A stretch of 54,429 bases of DNA from Verrucomicrobiota bacterium (GTDB lineage Bacteria; Verrucomicrobiota; Verrucomicrobiia; Limisphaerales; CANJSG01): contig JAYTUE010000186.1 of NCBI GenBank assembly GCA_043744715.1, forward strand, positions 1 to 54,429, given 5' to 3'. Below are positions 19,701 to 27,867 of this stretch, in pieces (the first letter of the stretch is position 1; each line of letters opens with the position of its first letter). The translations under genes and the position numbers were made by a program. The notes under the pieces are model-generated. The model was not told where the DNA came from, did no database searches, and saw nothing but the letters and a program-made list of their open reading frames with translations.

Positions 19701-20082
19701 TCAACTTGGTCACCACCGCCCTCCCATGCCCACTTTCACTCCTGCTCCCCTGCTCGCTCAGCTTCGCCACTCCGGCCTTGGTGGGAACAACCGGCGCGCT
19801 CCGTTTCAAATGATGCAACCCCACCGCGACGGCGTGGGCGCAGATCGAGCCCGATTCGCGCGACTGCCGGCAGCTGCAGAGGTTTTCGATGTCCGACTCG
19901 CCCTTGATGACCATGCCGGACCGATAGGAGATCGATCCCTCCTGCACGACGCCCTTGAGCACGGGCGCGGTCCAATTCGACGAGAGCACGTTGCCCCGCT
20001 CCAGCAGGCTGCGGGCCTGCTTCATCGCTTCCCAACCCGCGGCCTGCATGAAGAACTGGTCTGACAACCGGACATCACTCAT
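16723..20082 (-). CDS. SWIM-finger SNF2-family helicase carrying three in-frame repeat insertions
   Basis: N-terminal CSC..CAH SWIM finger; LADEMGLGKT, DEAQ, LTGTP, VLVFSQF, SLKAGGVGLNL and QATDRAHRIGQ motifs; ATG at 20082. Confidence 0.93.
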   Translation of the reverse strand: MSDVRLSDQFFMQAAGWEAMKQARSLLERGNVLSSNWTAPVLKGVVQEGSISYRSGMVIKGESDIENLCSCRQSRESGSICAHAVAVGLHHLKRSAPVVPTKAGVAKLSEQGSRSESGHGRAVVTKLKRSNSGEEVELFFVLPPNMGPALERGRVMLMVEAKWARGRMPINSLPLATAWKFTPEDLAPLEVLEEITKGEPPGMIQLTAAELAKVLGKLVEHPRVGMGRSTELEVKREPHRLAIQATFEKDGQIVVGRASSPGQLGLGSSPIAKNTNWPGGDARPTEVVLVRGETTWVFSGQTFRPIGLPAGFSDLLTKPVVISRIRVPQFLMQDWGRLVAGCDVEADFRVEDFELEPRPPNFLLNLAGGIAQLTAQLQCAYGQRIMTVGVTDPNESHWLPDPNNPRRYSTRDLAAEQGALGRLTKYGFRPGKNAGSYELQGQTPVLTFFAREFPKLEKEWKVTLEERLERSAANNLERIEPKFQITPSGVQWFDLAVSFGTKSGELFSQADIQRLLLGGQNHTKLKNGKFAIIDTGAVEELQEVLLDCNPMQTGQGYRMNATQAGFLDSTLVENGWQAAAPQAWRDRAKALSGVAKLECPPLGTLEDVLRPYQKSGVAWLDFLRSNGFGGVLADEMGLGKTLQTLAFLRSVGRASSPGQGDLGSSPIVRNTNLPGGDARPTGRKPHLVVCPTSLVFNWVAEAARFTPELKVVALHGPDRHARFAQVAGADLVVTSYALIRRDAEKHRAIEFDTVVLDEAQHIKNRQTQNAQAVKAIRSQHRLVLTGTPMENSVFDLWSIFDFLMPGYLGTAQDFKERYEQPISREKNSEAQVRLARRLKPFLLRRLKRDVARELPDKIEQVSFCELTEEQAQVYKQVLDATRREVVMAVDQQGLAKSRMMVLSALLRLRQICCDLRLLPVGRASSPGQEDLGDPPTTGRIDLPGGDARPTAPSGKLEMFSELLEEILDGGHRVLVFSQFVGMLTLLKERLAEEKIEYCYLDGSTTDRGAVVDSFQRGKAPVFLISLKAGGVGLNLTAADTVVHFDPWWNPAVEDQATDRAHRIGQSRVVTNYKLITRGTIEEKILQLQAKKREIIAATLTGEEAFTNTLNWDEIQELLA
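17234..17325. mobile_element. 92-bp GTAG REP doublet (REPIN-like), in-frame copy 1 in the SNF2 gene
   Basis: Arms gtaggccgggcgtccccgcccggc / gccgggcgaagacgcccggcctac with a 44-bp spacer; encodes VGRASSPGQEDLGDPPTTGRIDLPGGDARPT. Confidence 0.9.
18041..18132. mobile_element. 92-bp GTAG REP doublet (REPIN-like), in-frame copy 2 in the SNF2 gene
   Basis: Same 24-bp arms; encodes VGRASSPGQGDLGSSPIVRNTNLPGGDARPT. Confidence 0.9.
19229..19320. mobile_element. 92-bp GTAG REP doublet (REPIN-like), in-frame copy 3 in the SNF2 gene
   Basis: Same arms, pairing extends to 31 bp with 1 mismatch; encodes VGRASSPGQLGLGSSPIAKNTNWPGGDARPT. Confidence 0.9.
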
Positions 20083-20133
20083 CGGGTAGGACTGTGCCGA
20101 ACACGACCCGATGCGCCCAAGGAGAATTGCCAT

Positions 20134-20194
20134 GTAGCCGCCAACGTGGGGAGGCGGACTCCTCGGACTTCCGCCTCCCCACGTCGGCGGCTGC
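20134..20194. repeat. 61-bp GTAG-tagged inverted repeat between divergent genes
   Basis: gtagccgccaacgtggggaggcgga ... tccgcctccccacgtcggcggctgc; 25-bp arms with 2 mismatches. Confidence 0.8.
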
Positions 20195-20245
20195 GGATGC
20201 AGCGGACGCTTGCCGTGAAACCCGGCAACGGGGACGGTCGCCGCT

Positions 20246-22012
20246 GTGTTGCCGCCGGTTTTGCAAAGGGAGCTGCTCGTCAGGGCGCGTCGGGGATCCA
20301 CCACCTGGATCCGGCTCGGTATTTTCCTGCTGGCCCTGATGCTCGTGGCGTTGCTAACGATTCCCGCCCAGCTCATGGGTTCGATGAACGGCGGAGGCAT
20401 GGGCAGTGGACGCATCATCTTCGAGCCCTTGCGCTATCTGCTCCTGATCTACGCCCTCTTCGAGGGGGCGCGCAGCGTGGCTTCAGCCATCCCCGACGAG
20501 CGCCGCGACGGCACGCTCGGTCTTCTCTTCCTCACCAATCTGCGGAGCTGGGACGTGCTCCTGGGAAAGACGGCCGGCGGCGCGCTGACCTCGATCTACG
20601 GCGCACTGGCCGTGGCCCCGCTCTTCGCCATCCCGGTCCTGCTCGGCGGCGTGACGGGCGGCGAAGTCTTCCGGACACTCATCAGCCTCTTCGCCGCGCT
20701 CCTGCTGGCGCTGGGCTGCGGCACCCTGGCGTCCGCGCTCTGCCGGACGACGCTGCCGGCTCTGCTAACGGGCATCGGACTTGCGGCGATAATGGCGACC
20801 GGCCCGCTCGTCCTCGTGAGCCTGTTGAACGCGTCGTCGGCCACGATCACTGAAACGCATTGGAGCGGTTGGCTAAGTCCGTTCATCAGCTTGAACCTCG
20901 GCAGCGACGCGGCCTACTACGCTGATGCCGGCCCGTTCTGGTATGCGACGCTCGCCCAGTTGACGATGGCCGGAGTCTTCGCCATCGCGGGCTCCATGCG
21001 TCTTGCGACCAATTGGCGTGATGGTTCCCTGTTCACCTCCACTGTCGACGCCGTCCGGCGAAAGGCGGATCGGACGAGTCCCCAAAAAGGATTGAGGCGT
21101 GAAATCAAACTGCCCCTCTGGTTGGCGGGGATGGGCACGACGCCACTCGCGCGCACACTGGGCGGGCGGATCAAGCTGGCACGCTGGATCGGTGTCCTCG
21201 TGCTGCTCCAATTGATCATCGTCGCTCTTGGCGTGCTCAACGCCTTCCTCGGCGGGATGGGAGGCGTGATGATTTTAAGCATCCTTGGCATTCCGGTTTT
21301 CTTCGCGTTCATGGCGTCCCAGTTGATCCTCATCTACATGGCCTGCCGGGTCTTCGCTGATGCCCGGCACACGGGAGAGATGGAGATCCTGATGACCTCG
21401 CCCGTGACAGACCGCGAGCTGGTCCTGACGCTCTGGCACATGCTTCGGAACGGCCTGCTCTGGGTCTACGTGATCATGGCGATCGGAGCCGTCATCGCCC
21501 TGTTCTGCGGGGGCGGTTCGGGCATGTTCGGCAACACTTCTGCCGATCCGCTTTGGGTGCGGCTTGTCGTCCTGGCGACGACGCTCACGGCGGAAGCGCT
21601 CTACATGGCCGGTGTCGTCTGGGCCGGGATGTGGTTCGGGCTCAAGTCCACCAGGACCTCCGGCGCGACCATCAAGACTTTCGTCATGCTGGTCATAGTC
21701 ACGGGCCTCCTCAAGTGGCTGTTGCTCGTGATTATCCAGATGGCCATCATGTTCAACCTGATGAAGGGGCCCACGCCACCCGCCGGGCTCCAATCACTCA
21801 TGGGAGCCCTGCCGCATCTGATCGGGGGCGGCCTATCGGTCGCGTGGATCCTTTGGGCGCGCCGGCTCCTTTTCAGCAAGTTCCGCCAGGTCGTGACCGA
21901 GACGGAAACCCGCAGCCTCTGGATTCAACGGCTGGAAACCCGGCTCATCCCGCCGCCCTTGCCGCCACCGCAATCTACGGCTCCGATCCCATTGGCAAAC
22001 CCGGGCGAGTAG
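20246..22012 (+). CDS. ABC-2 type permease-like multi-TM protein (PVC family, two repeated halves)
   Basis: PVLQRELLVRARR start; DERRDGTLGLLFLTNL and a second ARHTGEMEILMTSP repeat; many TM helices. Confidence 0.75.
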   Translation: MLPPVLQRELLVRARRGSTTWIRLGIFLLALMLVALLTIPAQLMGSMNGGGMGSGRIIFEPLRYLLLIYALFEGARSVASAIPDERRDGTLGLLFLTNLRSWDVLLGKTAGGALTSIYGALAVAPLFAIPVLLGGVTGGEVFRTLISLFAALLLALGCGTLASALCRTTLPALLTGIGLAAIMATGPLVLVSLLNASSATITETHWSGWLSPFISLNLGSDAAYYADAGPFWYATLAQLTMAGVFAIAGSMRLATNWRDGSLFTSTVDAVRRKADRTSPQKGLRREIKLPLWLAGMGTTPLARTLGGRIKLARWIGVLVLLQLIIVALGVLNAFLGGMGGVMILSILGIPVFFAFMASQLILIYMACRVFADARHTGEMEILMTSPVTDRELVLTLWHMLRNGLLWVYVIMAIGAVIALFCGGGSGMFGNTSADPLWVRLVVLATTLTAEALYMAGVVWAGMWFGLKSTRTSGATIKTFVMLVIVTGLLKWLLLVIIQMAIMFNLMKGPTPPAGLQSLMGALPHLIGGGLSVAWILWARRLLFSKFRQVVTETETRSLWIQRLETRLIPPPLPPPQSTAPIPLANPGE

Positions 22013-22020
22013 GATTTGCC

Positions 22021-22130
22021 GGAGCGCGGAGCATCGTTCCGCCCGGACAGCCGGCTGGACTGAAATCAAGCCACGCCAAAGTCGGGGAGTTCTCCTCGAT
22101 CAACTCGTGCGGAGCAATGCTCCGCGCTAC
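22021..22130. repeat. 110-bp GTAG REP doublet between convergent genes
   Basis: ggagcgcggagcatcgttccgc ... gcggagcaatgctccgcgctac (reverse complement gtagcgcggagcattgctccgc); each arm is a hairpin. Confidence 0.75.
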
Positions 22131-22142
22131 ACGTCGCACGTC

Positions 22143-23213
22143 TCAGAACCCTTCTCGCGGCAGGACCAACGTGTAGCGACCCAGCTTGCGTTGAAGGCGG
22201 ATGCGGGTGGCGAACGTTTTGGAGAGGTTCGCCGACGTCAGCGTTTCCTTGATCGGTCCGGTCGCGGCGACGGCGCCGTCCTGGAGCATGAGCACATGGC
22301 TGAAGGCGGGCATGATCTCCTCGACGTGGTGTGTCACCAGGACCAGCGCGGGACGGCTGGACGCGCGGCCGAGGCGGTCGAGCCAGTTGAGGAACCGTTC
22401 GCGCGCCACGGGATCAAGACCGGCGCAGGGTTCATCGAGAATGAGCAGCTCCGGCTTGGCCATGAGCGCACGGGCGATGAGCACGCGCTGGCGTTCGCCC
22501 TGGGAAAGCACGCCCCATTCGCGGTCCGCGAGGTAGGCGCAATCGAGGCCGGCCAGAAGCTGCCGCGCGGCGCGGGCTTCGGAGGGCTTGGGCGTGCCCC
22601 AGAAGTCGATCATGGCATACTTGCCGCCCACGACGACCTCGGTGGCCGGTTCGTAGTCGGGAATGCGCTGGCGGATGGAGGAGCTGACGATGCCGATGTG
22701 CTCGCGCAGCTTGCGCCAATCGCTCTCGCCGAACTTCTGCCCGAGCAACATCAGGTCGCCCGAGGTCGGCATGAAGTAGCCGGTCAACGCCGCCAGCAAC
22801 GACGTCTTCCCGGAACCGTTCGGTCCAAGGATGACCCAGTGCTCTCCCGGCCGGACGGACCAATCGACTTCCCTGAGGATTTTCGTCCCGTCGCGCTGGA
22901 TGCAGAGTGTGTCGATTTCGAGCAACGGACGAGGCGCTTTGCGAACCAGTTTAATTTCCCAACGGGAGGACTTACCGCGTCGCGGAGCGACACCGGATAT
23001 TAGCCAGCCGCGAGGTGGCTGGATTGTGGGTGATACGGAATCGCCTCCCGGAGGGAGGCCGGAACCAGCCACGTTTTCCCCCGTCCCTCCGGGACGAAAT
23101 TTCTTGGGACGATGACCAGCCACCTTGTGGCTGGCTAATCTCCTTCGGCCCTGCGGGCCTTGCCGCACAGGCGAACTCGGAGATCGGCTAGAGGACGACT
23201 TGCCTTTGGCCAT
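22143..23213 (-). CDS. ABC transporter ATP-binding protein (YlmA/ModF-like); start uncertain (23213 or TTG 22925)
   Basis: GPNGSGKT, LSQGERQR, LLILDEP and VTHH motifs; ATG 23213 has a GAGGA SD and lies 4 nt after the prmA stop. Confidence 0.85.
   Translation of the reverse strand: MAKGKSSSSRSPSSPVRQGPQGRRRLASHKVAGHRPKKFRPGGTGENVAGSGLPPGGDSVSPTIQPPRGWLISGVAPRRGKSSRWEIKLVRKAPRPLLEIDTLCIQRDGTKILREVDWSVRPGEHWVILGPNGSGKTSLLAALTGYFMPTSGDLMLLGQKFGESDWRKLREHIGIVSSSIRQRIPDYEPATEVVVGGKYAMIDFWGTPKPSEARAARQLLAGLDCAYLADREWGVLSQGERQRVLIARALMAKPELLILDEPCAGLDPVARERFLNWLDRLGRASSRPALVLVTHHVEEIMPAFSHVLMLQDGAVAATGPIKETLTSANLSKTFATRIRLQRKLGRYTLVLPREGF
22978..23160. repeat. About 183-bp symmetric six-hairpin element (CGTC-type palindromic repeat)
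   Basis: Hairpins gtcgc-gga-gcgac, ccagcc..ggctgg, cctccc-gga-gggagg, cgtccc-tcc-gggacg, ccagccac-ctt-gtggctgg and ggccc-tgc-gggcc; outer arms are inverted copies. Confidence 0.75.
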
Positions 23214-23217
23214 GCGC

Positions 23218-24114
23218 TCAATCCTCGAAGCGGAACGTGCCGGACATCCACTCCTTCTCCACGCGGCTGGAGGTGAGGGTCATGCCCCAGCGTTCATACT
23301 GCTTCAGCACTTTCTGGAACTGGGTGATGAGGATGCCGGCGAGGACGAGACGGCCGTCGGGCTTGAGGCGGGCGATGAGTTTCTGGCCGTCGCTGAGGAG
23401 GAGATCGTAGAGCAGGTTCGCGCAGATCAGGTCGAACTTCGTCGCGCTCTTCTCGGAAAGCTTGGTGAGGTCGGCCCGGGTGGGTTTGACCTGCGCCGAG
23501 ACGTCGTTGGTGGCGCAGTTGGCCTTGGCCACACGCACGGCTTCGGGATCGAAGTCGAAGGCCTTGACCGTGGAATAGCCGAGCTTCGCGGCGGAGATGG
23601 CGAGGATTCCCGAGCCGCAGCCGACATCGAGCAAGGACTGTTTGGAACCGGGGCAACGGAAGGCGGCGAGCTGTTCGAGACAGAAGGAGGTGGTGGCGTG
23701 CTGGCCGGTGCCGAAGCTGAGTCCGGGATCGAGGATGACGAGGGCCTGGCCGCGCCTCGGCTTCTGCTTTTCCCAGCTCGGCTTGATGAGGAGCGCGTCG
23801 CCGATCTCCATGGGTTTGAAGTGGCGTTTCCACGATTCGGCCCAGTCCTCGCGCTTGACCTTGCTGATGGCGACCTGGCCGGAGCCGAGTTCGAGGCCGG
23901 AGCGGCGGATGTCGTCGAGGCCGGCGTTCAGCGCGGCGCGGGACTTGGCGTTCCAAGCGGCGGTCTTTTCCAGATAGAGCTGGGCGCGGGTCAGGCCGGA
24001 CTCGTAGTCGGTGTAGATCGACGGCGGGATGCCGAAGATGCGGAGAAGGAGTTCGCTGACGGCATCCTCGGCCTCGGCGTGGATGTCGATGGCGATGTGG
24101 AGAAGGGATTTCAT
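23218..24114 (-). CDS. prmA: Ribosomal protein L11 methyltransferase
   Basis: EDWAESWK, LDPGLSFGTGQHATT, LDVGCGSGILAI and ICANL motifs. Confidence 0.93.
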   Translation of the reverse strand: MKSLLHIAIDIHAEAEDAVSELLLRIFGIPPSIYTDYESGLTRAQLYLEKTAAWNAKSRAALNAGLDDIRRSGLELGSGQVAISKVKREDWAESWKRHFKPMEIGDALLIKPSWEKQKPRRGQALVILDPGLSFGTGQHATTSFCLEQLAAFRCPGSKQSLLDVGCGSGILAISAAKLGYSTVKAFDFDPEAVRVAKANCATNDVSAQVKPTRADLTKLSEKSATKFDLICANLLYDLLLSDGQKLIARLKPDGRLVLAGILITQFQKVLKQYERWGMTLTSSRVEKEWMSGTFRFED

Positions 24115-24130
24115 TTGCAGATGGGTCGAA

Positions 24131-24160
24131 ACACGGATGGACAGGAATTCACACGAATCA
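24131..24160. repeat. Three degenerate 10-mer tandem units
   Basis: acacggatgg acaggaattc acacgaatca. Confidence 0.45.
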
Positions 24161-24200
24161 GGAAACCAGATCAATCAAAGCAATCGTGGCCTCCCCAAGA

Positions 24201-24824
24201 TCAGCCGATGTCGCGCCAGGGCGTCAGGTTGAGGACGTGGACCTCGGTCTTGCTGGGGCTGATGTGGACTTCCGTGACGCTGGCGTATTCGACCTCGAAG
24301 TGCGCGAAGGTCTTCAGCGGAAGCTGCAGAAGGATCGACAGCGCCATGCGGATGACGCCGCCGTGGCAGACGATCACGGCGGATTTGCCGCGATGGTTCT
24401 CGAGGATCTCCCACAGGCACGGGGCGACACGTCCGTGGAACGTGCGGGCGGAGTCGCCATTCGGGAAACCCGAGGTCTCCATCTGTTCGAGCCACTGGAA
24501 GGCGGAGACCTGGAAGCGCTCCATGACTTGCGACCACGCAAGCCCCGTCCAGTCGCCGAAATCGACTTCGCGCAGGCCGGTCATCACGGTGGGTTGCTGG
24601 CCGATGAGGTCGGCAATGGGTTTCGCGGTGTCGCGGGCGCGGACCATCGGGCTGACGAAGAAGCCGTCGATGGTGTGGCGCTTGAGGTAGGCGGCGAGCG
24701 CGGCGGCGTGGGCATGGCCGCGCTTGGAGAGGTCCATGTCGATGCGTCCGCCGAAGACGCGGTGGTAACGGTCCTCCACTTCGCCGTGGCGGCAGAGGAA
24801 CAGGCGGGTGACGGGTTCGGTCAT
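24201..24824 (-). CDS. Histidine phosphatase family protein (CobC/GpmB-like)
   Basis: LCRHGE, SPMVRARDTA, LREVDFGDW and VCHGGVIR motifs. Confidence 0.88.
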   Translation of the reverse strand: MTEPVTRLFLCRHGEVEDRYHRVFGGRIDMDLSKRGHAHAAALAAYLKRHTIDGFFVSPMVRARDTAKPIADLIGQQPTVMTGLREVDFGDWTGLAWSQVMERFQVSAFQWLEQMETSGFPNGDSARTFHGRVAPCLWEILENHRGKSAVIVCHGGVIRMALSILLQLPLKTFAHFEVEYASVTEVHISPSKTEVHVLNLTPWRDIG

Positions 24825-24857
24825 GGGGGAAAAGGGAGCAAGTCTGTCACCTTTCGC

Positions 24858-25616
24858 TCAAACGAGAGCCTGTTGTTGGATGTCGAGAAGCTGGCGGATG
24901 CCCTCCTTGCCCAGATCAAGCATGGAATCGAGCTGGTCCTGGCTGAAGGTGGATTCCTCGCCGCTGCCCTGGAGTTCAATGAAGTCGCCGTCGTCGTTCA
25001 TGACGAGGTTCATGTCCACTTCCGCAGCCGCGTCTTCCACGTAGCAGAGGTCGAGCATCGGATGTCCACCGACGATGCCCACGCTGACGGCGGCAATGCC
25101 GTGGAGGATCGGAGATTCCTTGAGCTTGCCCTCCACGAGCAGTTTCCGGACGGCGAGCGAAAGGGCGACGAAGGAGCCGGTGATCGCGGCGGTGCGGGTG
25201 CCACCGTCGGCTTGAAGAACATCGCAATCGATCCAGATGGTCCGCTGGCCGAGTTTTCCGAGGTCGACGGCCGCGCGGATGGAGCGGCCGATGAGGCGCT
25301 GGATCTCCTGGGAACGCCCGTCGAGTTTGCCCTTGGAGATGTCGCGGGCCTTCCGGGTCAGCGTCGAATAAGGGAGCATCGAATACTCCGCCGTGAGCCA
25401 GCCGCCCTTGACGCTCTGCTCCTTCATCCAACGCGGCACGCCTTCGTCGATGCTGACGCCGCAGATGACGCGGGTGTTGCCCCATTCGATGAGGGTGGAC
25501 CCGGTGGCGTAGGGCGCGATGTGGTTTTGGAAGCGGATCGACCTGAGCCGGGAGAGTTCGCGTCCATCCGCGCGGATCGGGGTGCTCTGGCTGGTGCTGT
25601 TGGTGATGGATGACAT
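24858..25616 (-). CDS. rph: Ribonuclease PH
   Basis: GWLTAEYSMLP, GRSQEIQRLIGRS and DCDVLQADGGTRTAAITG motifs. Confidence 0.96.
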   Translation of the reverse strand: MSSITNSTSQSTPIRADGRELSRLRSIRFQNHIAPYATGSTLIEWGNTRVICGVSIDEGVPRWMKEQSVKGGWLTAEYSMLPYSTLTRKARDISKGKLDGRSQEIQRLIGRSIRAAVDLGKLGQRTIWIDCDVLQADGGTRTAAITGSFVALSLAVRKLLVEGKLKESPILHGIAAVSVGIVGGHPMLDLCYVEDAAAEVDMNLVMNDDGDFIELQGSGEESTFSQDQLDSMLDLGKEGIRQLLDIQQQALV

Positions 25617-25711
25617 TCGACCGAAGACTAGAACGGTCGCGGCGCTTTCGGAAAGGGCGAAGGCGCTGGCCGTCCGGCAGCCCGGAAGCACGATCCCACA
25701 ACCCCCGACGC

Positions 25712-25739
25712 TTGACCGAAGTGGTCAAAGGTTTACAAC
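25712..25739 (+). promoter_or_regulatory. Candidate sigma70 promoter with overlapping palindrome, upstream of the csp gene
   Basis: TTGACC-16nt-TACAAC; perfect inverted repeat TTGACC-gaagt-GGTCAA at 25712-25728. Confidence 0.4.
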
Positions 25740-25848
25740 CGGATCCGACCCCAAAAATTGCAGGCGCAAATGCCGTGTAGGGAAAACTGTGTCGATTCCC
25801 TTCTTTTTGCCCGCAGCTCCAAACCAACAACCCTCAGGATGCATTCGT

Positions 25849-26055
25849 ATGGCCACCGGCAAAGTGAAGTGGTTCGACAACCGCAAAGGATTCGGTTTCA
25901 TCCTGTCAGACCCATCAGGGAAGGACGTCTTCGTCCACCACACCTCGATCGACGGAGAGGGCTACAAGACCCTCAAGGAAGGGGAAACGGTCGCCTTCGA
26001 GCTGATCGAGAGCGACAAGGGCCGGAAGGCCCAGCACGTCCAGAGGACCGCCTAG
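25849..26055 (+). CDS. Cold-shock domain protein (CspA family)
   Basis: GKVKWFDNRKGFGFI and DVFVHH RNP motifs; 68 aa. Confidence 0.95.
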   Translation: MATGKVKWFDNRKGFGFILSDPSGKDVFVHHTSIDGEGYKTLKEGETVAFELIESDKGRKAQHVQRTA

Positions 26056-26141
26056 GTCCGGATCGATTTCACAGGGATCAAGCCCGCCCGGCGGATTTCG
26101 TTCGCGCCATGGCCCCGTGCGGCTAGCTTCCCGGCCGCGTC

Positions 26142-27335
26142 ATGCAGGAATCTGTTCGCAGTCTCTACGTCCACGTCCCGTTCTGTGCCCACAAGTGCGA
26201 GTATTGCGCCTTCTACTCCGGGCCGGCCAAGGGCGACCTCATCCAACGCTACGTCGGCGCCGTCTGCCGCGAGCTGGAACTCGTGTCGCCCGACCTCAAG
26301 CCCCAGACGATCTTCTTCGGCGGCGGCACTCCATCTCTCCTCACGCTGAAGCAGTGGGAGCAGGTCCTGGAAACCATGCGCCGGAGCGGGCTTATGGGAG
26401 CGACCGAGTGGACCGTCGAATGCAACCCCGCCACCGTTTCTGCGGACAAAGCAGCGCTCCTCAAATCCGCCGGCGTCAACCGGATCTCCATGGGAGTCCA
26501 GTCGCTGGACGAAGGACTGCTCGACCGGATCGGCCGGGTCCATAGCCGCGACATGGTTTTCCGCAGCTTCGACACTCTTCGGCAAGCGGGCTTCGACAAT
26601 GTGAACATCGACCTGATGTTCGCCATTCCCGGCCAGACGATGGACATCTGGAAGAAGACGTTGGCCGAAGCCTGCGCCCTCGGTAGCGAACACCTTTCCT
26701 GCTACGAGGTGATCTACGAGGACGACACCCCGCTCTACGAACAGCTGAAGGCCGGCAAGTTCGACGTCGACGAGGAACTCGCCGCCGCCATGTATGAGGA
26801 ACTGATCGACTACGCGGGCGCGCAGGGATTCCACCAATACGAAGTAGCCAACTTCGCCAGAAATCTGCCGGATCGAACCGCACCGTCCGCCGGTTTTCCA
26901 CCGGACGAGATGTTCTCCGACATTCCGTCCCAGGCCTGCCGCCAGAACGTCACCTACTGGCGCAGCGGCGACAGCTATGGCCTAGGGCCCAGCGCGACCG
27001 GCTACGTCCGGGGCGTCCGCACCAAGAACTGGTCCAACACCCAGCTCTACTGCGAAGAGCTGGAGAAAGGGAAACGCGCCATCGAATCCACCGAAGCCCT
27101 GCGCCAGCTCGCGCGAGCGGGCGAAGCCGCCGCATTCGGCCTCCGCATGAACGCCGGCTGGCCGCTGGCCCTGTTCAAGCAGAAGACCGGCTTCGACCTG
27201 ACCGAAGAATGGCGGGAGGACATCGCCAAGCTCGTCGGTCTCGAATATGCGGAGCTGACCCCGGATCGCTTCAAGCTGACCCGGCAAGGCCTTCGCTACG
27301 CCGACTGGGCGGCCGAGTTGTTCCTCCGGCCCTGA
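26142..27335 (+). CDS. hemW: Radical SAM heme chaperone HemW (HemN-like)
   Basis: LYVHVPFCAHKCEYCAF, FGGGTPS, ECNP and RISMGVQS motifs. Confidence 0.88.
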   Translation: MQESVRSLYVHVPFCAHKCEYCAFYSGPAKGDLIQRYVGAVCRELELVSPDLKPQTIFFGGGTPSLLTLKQWEQVLETMRRSGLMGATEWTVECNPATVSADKAALLKSAGVNRISMGVQSLDEGLLDRIGRVHSRDMVFRSFDTLRQAGFDNVNIDLMFAIPGQTMDIWKKTLAEACALGSEHLSCYEVIYEDDTPLYEQLKAGKFDVDEELAAAMYEELIDYAGAQGFHQYEVANFARNLPDRTAPSAGFPPDEMFSDIPSQACRQNVTYWRSGDSYGLGPSATGYVRGVRTKNWSNTQLYCEELEKGKRAIESTEALRQLARAGEAAAFGLRMNAGWPLALFKQKTGFDLTEEWREDIAKLVGLEYAELTPDRFKLTRQGLRYADWAAELFLRP

Positions 27336-27342
27336 ACCCGCC

Positions 27343-27867
27343 ATGCCCTTCGGCGAACTCGCCACCCGAATCTCCGTCTGGCTGGCGCTGGTTCTTTGGC
27401 TGGCCTCCGAGTGGCTCGCGCTGAATCCGAAGAAACTCCGCCTTCGGCAATGGCTCTTCGGGCTTTCCGCCGCCGTCTTCCTTGCCCATGTCATCCTCGC
27501 GTTCCACGTCTTCTACGATTGGTCCCAGACGACCGCATTGGCCGATGTCCGACGCCAGACCCGGGATGTGACCGGGCTCGAATGGAGCATCGGGCTATGG
27601 ATCAACTACGCCTTCGCTGTGCTCTGGTGTGCGGAAGCCTCGTGGCTTTGTCTTGCTCCAATCCGCCACGCGGGACGCCCCCGTTCGATGACGTGGCTCA
27701 TGCGGGGAATTTTCTGGTTCATGGCCTTCAACGGCGCCGTCGTCTTTGTGAAAGGGCCGCAGCGTTGGCTGGGGTTTATGCTCTGCTTGTCGGTCATCGC
27801 CGCATGGGCGGCCGAATGGAAACTGGCTCGCGCGAAATCAAATATTCAGGCAGTATCGGACAGATGA
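27343..27867 (+). CDS. Hypothetical membrane protein
   Basis: About 5 TM helices with HVILAFH motif; operonic spacing. Confidence 0.65.
   Translation: MPFGELATRISVWLALVLWLASEWLALNPKKLRLRQWLFGLSAAVFLAHVILAFHVFYDWSQTTALADVRRQTRDVTGLEWSIGLWINYAFAVLWCAEASWLCLAPIRHAGRPRSMTWLMRGIFWFMAFNGAVVFVKGPQRWLGFMLCLSVIAAWAAEWKLARAKSNIQAVSDR

Noticed and set aside
20083-20418. N-terminal extension of the SNF2 ORF
   Set aside because: It overlaps the divergent permease gene and an intergenic repeat; protein-like sequence begins at ATG 20082.
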